In this document: in pieces, positions 56,901 to 64,000 of the stretch
Position numbering within the stretch: position 1 is the first letter of the stretch
Layout of the letters: the number at the start of each line of letters is the position of its first letter
Assembly (NCBI RefSeq): GCF_037042905.1
Contig: NC_087247.1
Location: 53,506,001 to 53,570,000 of the forward strand
Length of the DNA stretch: 64,000 bases
Source of the DNA: Lytechinus pictus
Taxonomy: Eukaryota
Direction of reading: 5' to 3'
Notes under the pieces: generated by a model
The model's input: the letters and a program-made list of their open reading frames with translations, nothing else
The model's database searches: none
What the model was told of the DNA's origin: nothing
Made by a program: the position numbers and the translations under genes

Positions 56901-59087
56901 TGCGATGCATTTCAGGTAATATGACAGGTGCTACATGCTCCATCTGGGTGTCAGACACTTCTCTTGTGAATTCTAGAGAGAAAAGTGTCAAAGGAATTAC
57001 AGATGTATCCCTTAATGGAAGGAAATAATGTAATTTTGGTAGAACAATTTAGATCTTTCGTTATTGAAGACCATTCTATTATCCATGAGTATATCACCAT
57101 CACTTTATCCACTAATCAATTTGGAATGGGTGAAGGGTGACTACAGAGTAAAGTAACAAGGAATCACATCAAGGTCAATTGACTATTCATAAGTCATCTG
57201 GGGGTGATTCACAAACATTTAATTGTGACTTACAGTTGCACTTAGTTGCATGCGGTGCATCACTGCATTGGTCAAATCAGGCTAAGAGGACGTGTTACAT
57301 ATCACATGCACATCGGCATTTAAGCATGACTCTATCAAGTCATAGTTAACCCTTTGTGAAACACTCCCATGGTCTCTGATAAGAGACATCATCTTTCCCA
57401 GTCCATTAATTTTCCATTTTATAATAATAACAATGCTTTATTGTTATGTGTTTTATTGCTATTCAAATTTTAAAAGTCCAAATTCAAGTTGAAATTGAAA
57501 TTTATTCATTCCAAGACATACCTGTAAGAACTCTCATGGCTCCATGGACTTCATTACTATCTCCTTTGGTAATCATCATCATTAGAAGACCGAAGAGGTC
57601 CGGCCAGGCATCAGGCCAATCCCAGTGAGCAATAGCTGAGATGGCGTAAGCAACACTGGAACGTACCTTACTGATGGACTCTCCCAGCCCTGCAGGAAGG
57701 CGGTTGCGGATGTGTGCCTTTGCCTGACAACAAATGGATGAGAATAATAATAATAATAAGAATAATAATAATAATAATAAGAATAATAATAATATGCAAC
57801 ATTACTACACATTTTTTTCTAAGCACTAGATACATGAAAAAAAATATATGGTAAAGAGTTGCTGAAGAAGACTGCTGTGGGAATGGTGAGAAATAAGGAA
57901 TGAGAATTACAAAATACAAAACAACATGAACGTAAGCCTACAGAAAGTAACTAAAACAAGATTATGTGCAAGATGGAACTCTACCAAGAAATGAATGAAA
58001 CTGTTTGGAGGAATATTCTAGCAAATTACAGAAGTAATAATCAAGCAAGGTAAAGTTGGACAACTTGACCTTCAAGAAGACAAGAGGAAGAAAACGAAGA
58101 TAGATGGAACACAAGAATGACCCTAAAATCACAATAAGCAATCCACTATTTCATTAATTTTATCCAGTCTGATTGATTTCATTTAGGATAGCGATTGTAT
58201 GAAAATAAAGGTGAAAATTATCATTTTTCACTGCTTTGATATTTGATTTGCCAAGGTAATATTTTGATTGAAAAATGGTTGGTCTCAGGATGATCGTGAT
58301 GATTATGCAACAAAGGAGAAGACAATTTCATTTGTGGTGTTTGAGACTATTTCAATACCGGTATTCGGCAAACATCTGCTCAAGTCCCTTTTCTGATATC
58401 CCCAGTAGTCTGATAACATGATGACATTATTTGGATACAAAATACCCTTTGATTGCAATTTAGATTTAAAATTTAATGACATTTGAAGTTATACGAAAAT
58501 AGGACTGAATAGCAGGCCAGATACAATCATTTTGTAACACTATAACAAACCAAGATCCCTGATCATATGAGAGATAATCAAGTTCATGAAGTCCATGAGA
58601 GAGGGGAAAAAGATCACCGATGCTGCATAGAATTAGGAAACTCACCGCATCTGTAGCCACCGGTGGTCTAAATTTCTCAGAATGCTGAGACCAGTGTGCC
58701 TCAACATATTGTTTCAGGATGAGTGAGGACAACTGCATTTTAAATACAAAAATAAATTACACAAACAGTTAGAATTATGTTCTAGGATTACATCTCTATA
58801 CACATTCAGAGACTGCTTGTATCTGCAGGTTTCTTCAGATACATGTAGGTGCTGATATGGTTGACATACAACTGCTTACATTACCCATTCTATTTTACTC
58901 AAGTAATACTTTTTTTATCTATTGGAAAAATATTTCTGTTCATAATTAGAGGGGTTTGAAAGCAAGAATAAAGAAAACATCTAATAAAAGATGTCTCCTT
59001 TGCTAATGTATCACATTTTATTTACCTGACGAATGGCAAGAGCCCCATTCTTATCCAAGGTTAGTTCAGCGAGGAATACACCAAATT
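41873..59087 (-). CDS. IPO9: Importin-9, 22 coding exons (first exon not found in window)
   Basis: Phase-consistent GT-AG exons translate to importin-9 hallmarks: [130 protein letters not shown]. Confidence 0.96.
42303..42388 (-). CDS. IPO9: IPO9 exon 22
   Basis: [28 protein letters not shown]. Confidence 0.9.
42852..42957 (-). CDS. IPO9: IPO9 exon 21 (acidic loop)
   Basis: [15 protein letters not shown]...[14 protein letters not shown]; AAG acceptor. Confidence 0.85.
43918..44042 (-). CDS. IPO9: IPO9 exon 20
   Basis: [26 protein letters not shown]...GGEDLE. Confidence 0.92.
44740..44873 (-). CDS. IPO9: IPO9 exon 19
   Basis: [44 protein letters not shown]. Confidence 0.92.
45250..45416 (-). 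CDS. IPO9: IPO9 exon 18
   Basis: [12 protein letters not shown]...[10 protein letters not shown]...FYGAYDSKI. Confidence 0.93.
45959..46234 (-). CDS. IPO9: IPO9 exon 17
   Basis: [23 protein letters not shown]...[19 protein letters not shown]. Confidence 0.93.
46440..46568 (-). CDS. IPO9: IPO9 exon 16
   Basis: [43 protein letters not shown]. Confidence 0.92.
47208..47356 (-). CDS. IPO9: IPO9 exon 15
   Basis: [15 protein letters not shown]...[23 protein letters not shown]. Confidence 0.9.
47620..47698 (-). CDS. IPO9: IPO9 exon 14
   Basis: [26 protein letters not shown]. Confidence 0.9.
48260..48494 (-). CDS. IPO9: IPO9 exon 13
   Basis: [29 protein letters not shown]...[11 protein letters not shown]. 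Confidence 0.92.
48865..49083. mobile_element. pogo/Tc1-type palindromic MITE
   Basis: GGGGAGA.CGGG / CCCGTTCTCCCC|TA ends; internal arms 48895-48975 and 48995-49075 are inverted. Confidence 0.6.
50499..50577 (-). CDS. IPO9: IPO9 exon 12
   Basis: [25 protein letters not shown]. Confidence 0.92.
50929..51068 (-). CDS. IPO9: IPO9 exon 11
   Basis: [15 protein letters not shown]...[14 protein letters not shown]; AAG acceptor. Confidence 0.9.
51582..51688 (-). CDS. IPO9: IPO9 exon 10
   Basis: [35 protein letters not shown](W). Confidence 0.9.
51995..52916. mobile_element. Harbinger-type MITE containing a tandem array
   Basis: CAG|GGGCTGTTT.A.AAAGCTGT ... ACAGCTTTATGAAACACCACC|CAG. Confidence 0.55.
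52333..52868. repeat. 73-bp minisatellite, about 7.3 copies
   Basis: TAGCACCTAAGAA recurs at 52333, 52406, 52479, 52552, 52625, 52698, 52771, 52843. Confidence 0.92.
52945..53043 (-). CDS. IPO9: IPO9 exon 9
   Basis: [33 protein letters not shown]. Confidence 0.93.
53726..53877 (-). CDS. IPO9: IPO9 exon 8
   Basis: [16 protein letters not shown]...YMQITEEQ. Confidence 0.93.
54474..54633 (-). CDS. IPO9: IPO9 exon 7
   Basis: [10 protein letters not shown]...[19 protein letters not shown]. Confidence 0.92.
55242..56014. mobile_element. piggyBac-type MITE
   Basis: TTAA|CCCT...AACTGGG ... CCCAGTT...AGGG|TTAA plus internal inverted repeat GGGGTCAATTTGACCCC. Confidence 0.8.
56231..56350 (-). CDS. 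IPO9: IPO9 exon 6
   Basis: [22 protein letters not shown]...[11 protein letters not shown]. Confidence 0.9.
56797..56972 (-). CDS. IPO9: IPO9 exon 5
   Basis: [21 protein letters not shown]...TRARAVEIF...IAK. Confidence 0.92.
57522..57723 (-). CDS. IPO9: IPO9 exon 4
   Basis: [41 protein letters not shown]...VHGAMRVLT. Confidence 0.92.
57743..57794. repeat. (AAT)n microsatellite next to an IPO9 acceptor
   Basis: Direct reading. Confidence 0.85.
58646..58732 (-). CDS. IPO9: IPO9 exon 3
   Basis: [29 protein letters not shown]. Confidence 0.92.
59026..59087 (-). CDS. IPO9: IPO9 exon 2
   Basis: [20 protein letters not shown]; AG/GT flanks. Confidence 0.9.
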
Positions 59088-59430
59088 CTGTAAAAAAAAA
59101 ACAATAAAAAATAATATAGCAAAGACCAGCTTATTTATAACTCAAATAATATATTAAGTGAAATGCATCAGATAGCATTTCCCATACTGAAGAGTCTTCA
59201 ATATTGGCTAATAAACATGCCAATGCAATGGTGGAGTGTCAACTGGCTTCCTGAGTGGAAATAAGGCGGCATACGTTGCTTATGTTCCATGTTACTTTAA
59301 GGTACAGGGTGGGACTGATCTGAGACCAGTGCCGCTTCCAGTCTATTTTTTCAGTAGGAACGCGCGAAGTAAAAGAGTATGACTTACCAATTCTTGTGTT
59401 GACCCAAACGTAGATTTTGGTTCTACTTAA

Positions 59431-60365
59431 GGACGTTCCACAGTTAAAGTGAAATCCATGTCATTTTCGCCAAACCTTACACATAGATACTTTAGAACCT
59501 TAATATTCGAAATATGCAAAAATTAACATAGGTCCATGTGCTTGATTTTTTGCTATAGAGCTTCAAAGTTCACCCAAATTGATGTTGTTAAGAATTGCGC
59601 ATTCAAAAGAATTTGGCATTTTTAGACCTCGCAAGATTACTACAATGAGTTTAAACCTCTATTACTCAGTCAAAATACATGAAAAAGTCATCAAATTTCG
59701 CAAGAGAGTTAATACTTGTATCGTTAGAATGGAGAATCTATTTATAGTGCTATTTGTTTGGAGTTTTAAGTCTAACAGCACTGTCAGTTCTTAAAATGGC
59801 GTAAAAGATAACAAAAACCCAATCTAAACAAATGTGAAATTTCAATAACATGCTACAAAAGTACAATAAATGCTGCACTTTATTCAAAATCCATGTCATT
59901 TTCACCAAAATTTGCAAAGTTGTAGAGGAAGGTATACCTAAGAGGTACAAACATTAAAAAATGGGGGTTCATGTGCTTGTTTTTAAACTATCAGCATTTT
60001 TATTAGAGCAAATGTGCTTTTTAAAACACAAAAAATGTGCCGAATGCTTTGTATCTATGTGAAGAAAAAATCAAAACCACTCTACCATTTATTCAAACTC
60101 GGGGACTTATTCGTGATTCTTGGCAGCACTGCAGAGTAAAGTATTTTGAAATTGTAGAGATGTTTTTTTAAATGGTCCATGGAATAATTCAATTTTTTAG
60201 CTTCATAAGATAATGCATCGGATCTGCAGTTAGAGTGCAGATGATGAGAAAAATCAGCTCATATCCAGAGCTAATTAATCACCCGTTCATCCATTGTGAC
60301 GTCAGCGCGCAGAGTGTAAACTATGCGCAGATCATAATGCGCACAAACATAACTGTGGAACGTCC
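59431..60365. mobile_element. Kolobok-type non-autonomous element
   Basis: TTAA|GGACGTTCCACAGTTA ... TAACTGTGGAACGTCC|TTAA; internal direct repeat (59450-59545, 59885-59985). Confidence 0.85.
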
Positions 60366-61351
60366 TTAAACAGGATTCCAATGTCCAATGAGTGAAATAT
60401 CGTCCTTGATTGTAAGATTGATTTAAAAATCATGTAAAATCATCCCAAATTTTTCATTATTCTCGTCTGGCCCATAGTCTCCTACGTAAGTACGTCAACA
60501 CGCCCTCTTGTGCTGAATAAAAGAAAGCTACCCACTGAACAGATATTAGGAAGCTCCGTAATATGATCCAGCAACACGATTGTAGTCTTCGTCTTTTTCT
60601 CACCTGACACTCAATATTTTGTTCACTATCTTTTTTTACACTAGAATCATTGTTGTCACAGGCAGCGGAGGGGCGGGGGGACACATACAATACCCCTTAA
60701 ATTTCAGGAGGAGGGGAGAGAGTTCCCCCTAAAGAAATAAATAAAAGAAATAAAGAACAAAGACTGAGAAAAAAGGAAGAAATAAAAAAATCAAAAGAAA
60801 CTCAATTATGCCAAGAAGAAAAAAGAAAGAGAAAGGGTAAGGGAAGAGGAAAGCAGACAAATGATGCATACTAGAAATATAGATAAGCAAAAAAAAATAG
60901 CCAGTTGGACTTTTTTATTCTTTAAACACGTTTATCTAGACGAAACAAAATTGCCAATCTGTCGAGGCTATCGAGACATGTAATACCAGAATGCATCACG
61001 AGTAGTGTTCCGTCCATCCGGGTGGATGAACCTCTATGGCAGCCATTCTCAATTAATTTTGTTGAAGCTCCAAATTTCTTGTTGAGAATCTGGACTGCTC
61101 CACTATCCAACACGCGAACGAGCGAAATATTGTGGTGTGTGGGGGGGATGCATGACCCCCTGAAGAGCTTAAGTAGGAAGCCTTTTAAATGGCCGAGAGG
61201 GGTTCTAAATCAACAGAAGATATAAAAATACCTACATTCTACACAATTTATTTAAAAAAAATGATAAGTGACTTGCTCAAATTAATGTTTATTATTATGT
61301 TTCTGTATCAAACTTTGTTCTTGATGAGGTTCATGTTTGAAAAGCAAACCA

Positions 61352-62540
61352 GGTATGGTGATCAGTGGTAGAGCGTCAGTCTCATGAATGGGATGCCGTG
61401 GGTTCGATCCCCAACAGAGTCATAAAATATATATACAGTGCGTATCAAAAAAAAGTTTACACTTAAAAAAAAACCTTTAAAATTATACATTTGTAATATC
61501 CTGAAGATTTTTCCACATTTTAACATCGGTACAGATCCAATTAAGCAAATGACGATATAACTGTCGAAAAATATTTCCGCTTGAGTGAGCACCTCTTACT
61601 TTTGAAAAGTTCATGAAAAATGATTTGCGCAGAACTTTGAAATAGTTATGCGAATAAAAGTAGACCTTAATCATGAAGAACACGTGGAATTTAGCTAATA
61701 AAATTGATTTGAAGATATCTTTTACCCTTTTTAAGAGTGCATTGCGCCCCACCCCACTCCCCCACACAGCGAGGCCATCTTGACAATATTTGCTTTACAC
61801 TGAGCTGTCATTTACATGAAATTGCTTAGGCTTAATTTTCATTTTGTTAATCATTGTCAAGCTTGGAAAAAGTGTGGAGAAACAAGAATTAAAGGAAAAA
61901 TGAAATGTAAACCCACTTTAAATGATAAAAACTTAGTGAAAACAATGCTGGAGATGTCTGATATAAACTTTTATTCAGATTTAGTTATGTCCTCAGATCC
62001 AGCTGGAACAAAAAGGGTAAAGGTTGTGCTTACTAAGTGTTGAAATTTCAATTTGGGTGGCAAAATTGTTGCAAAATGCTTGAATGTATCCATTTTAATT
62101 CTGTTGACTAAAAGTGCAAGGGAAATGTATGAGAAATTTTTCGCAGGGTAAGTTTGATTTCGCCCTTTCCCCTTGACACAGCGTGAAAACGAGCATCTCT
62201 GCGCAAACAGATTTCTGCGAGTTTTACAAAAATTGACAGTGCTCACTCAAGTGTAACATTCTGTTAAAACTTTTACTTTTATTGGATAGATGAGACCCAA
62301 TCCCAACATAATATGTGAAAAAATTACCCACATCTTGTATATTTTTTAATTCCCAGGGTTTTTTCAAAGTGTAAACTTTTTTTTGATACGCACTGTATAG
62401 GAATGGAACCTTCTGCCTCAGCATTTAGATTGGAGAAGGGTAGTAATAACATACATGGAAATGCAGGGCCCACTGCAGTTCCCTAACCGAAATGGCTACC
62501 CTAAATAAATAAAACGTAATTATGATTATTATTATTATTA
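61352..62540 (+). mobile_element. tRNA-derived SINE split by a Tc1/mariner MITE
   Basis: A-box-like TGGTGATCAGTGGTAGAGCG, B-box GGTTCGATCCC; the body resumes after 62397 and ends GGCTACCCT..(ATT)n. Confidence 0.65.
61436..62395. mobile_element. Tc1/mariner-type MITE
   Basis: TA|CAGTGCGTATCAAAAAAAAGTTTACACTT ... AAGTGTAAACTTTTTTTTGATACGCACTG|TA. Confidence 0.88.
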
Positions 62541-63030
62541 AAAGCACTGTTCACAAATCTATGTTCACATACAAGTCTTTTTACCAATCGTTTATGAATA
62601 CATCAAGAATAGAATAAATAGGGGTTATCGATTGCTAGATTACACAAAATCAGAGAAAATCAATAGGCATTTAGATTTAAAAAAGAGCTGAGTTTTTATT
62701 TTTCCTTTGTAATATAATGATCTAACCTCAATTTCAGATTAATAGTAGATCAAACTTTTATTTTTTGATGTTTTATTCTTTTTCCATACGGGCTCCCACG
62801 CGCCACTCCGCGCAAGGCTCAGTGCGCCACAAGTGGCACGCACGCCACCATTTGAGAATCCCTGGTCTATGTCTTCGTGATATTTTTTTTTTGATTTGTC
62901 ACGATCAAACACCATTGAATGAACCAAAGGAGTGACAGTCACCGGAGGTGGAAAAATCGATGAGTTTTTATTCATTTTTCATATGATTTTCAGCACTTAT
63001 TTTATCTTTCTAATATAAATTTATGTTAAG

Positions 63031-63782
63031 CAGTAGAGGCGCATAGCCAATATGGGAGACTGTCTCCCATGAGAGAGATTATCTCCAATATCAGAGACTT
63101 TTGTAAAGAATTTGGGTATCCAATTTCAGAGACAGTCTCCAGTTTGGGAGACCAATTTCCTTTGTTTACGTTTGCTGCAAAAGGATTACCTTGGCGGCAA
63201 ATAAAAATGTGATAAGCAGATTCCTCATGAAAAATTACCCCTTTTCACCGTCTACTTTAAAAATTCCCCGTCTACTTTTGTTTTGATAAGGATTTTTATT
63301 GTCATCAACACACAAAACAAATGGGCTTCTGACTAGCCAGGCGGCTTCTTGAGAGTAAAAATCATTTACTAACATAGGCTTACTCTAAATGAAGCCAGGG
63401 AGTCCTTCCTATTCACCTACACGAAGGACCCCAAAACCTGAAACTTTTGCCCCCGAGATTTCTATTTTCCTTCTAAAACATCTAGCCATAAATCATGTAT
63501 ATGGGATAAAACTTCATTTCCGACATTTCTACGCTCTCGTTGTTATTTTTAAACAAGAATTCATCAAAAAAATTAGAAAAATATTGTGAAAAGACGGAAG
63601 AGACTTGCCCGATGTTTACGCCGCCATCTTGTTTCTTATTGTACTTTTCTAACGTTACGGACGGACAAAATACGCTTTTGTTGGTGCTGTTTCTTTTATT
63701 CTTTTGTAAAGCAAGTATCCAATATGGGAGATTGTCTCACTTATTGGATAGAGTCTCCCATATTGGCCGTGCGCCTCTACTG
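63031..63782. mobile_element. Non-autonomous DNA transposon with 5-bp TSD
   Basis: TIR CAGTAGAGGCGCA..GCCAATATGGGAGAC; TSD TTAAG (63026-63030, 63783-63787). Confidence 0.8.
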
Positions 63783-64000
63783 TTAAGTATCACACTTGAT
63801 CTAGTTCGATAAGGTCATGATATTTGAGGGCAAGGGATGGGGACGAAAATAGACGATGTTTTTTTTTGTCCATGCTACGGTATAATGCCCAGAACGAGGT
63901 TATATTGGCTATATAACCTCGTTCGTAGGATGAGTGTGCCATATAACTGGGCATTGTGGCGTGCGCCTGTAGGGTGTAATCCAAGCTTTAGTTTAGCCTA

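Noticed and set aside
61352-61425. tRNA gene
   Set aside because: A and B boxes are present but there is no proper acceptor stem; the sequence continues into a SINE body and tail
59088-64000. IPO9 exon 1
   Set aside because: No minus-strand segment encoding the expected N-terminal LKEAL...LEVTE-like peptide with a donor was found; presumably beyond the window

Overview
AT-rich, intron-rich eukaryotic (animal) DNA; the repeat landscape suggests an invertebrate deuterostome such as a sea urchin (inference). Two convergent genes. (1) On +, a 6-exon gene (905-23982, about 2680 aa): the N-terminus is the conserved helical domain of the ZNF292/RLF/ZNF654 family, but the 7-kb last exon has no recognisable C2H2 zinc fingers. 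That exon instead carries several PLDL[R/T] CtBP-type motifs and three copies of an unfamiliar basic/Cys/Trp repeat. (2) On -, importin-9 (IPO9): 22 coding exons traced from 59087 to the stop at 41873; exon 1 was not found in the window. Introns and intergenic DNA hold many non-autonomous DNA transposons with readable TIRs and TSDs (hAT, P-like, Kolobok, Harbinger, piggyBac, Tc1/mariner, and 5-, 6- and 7-bp-TSD families), often nested. The most striking is a 4.7-kb fully palindromic foldback element with Academ-type ends (28482-33182) between the two 3' ends. Exons and TSDs were read by eye; no database searches were run.
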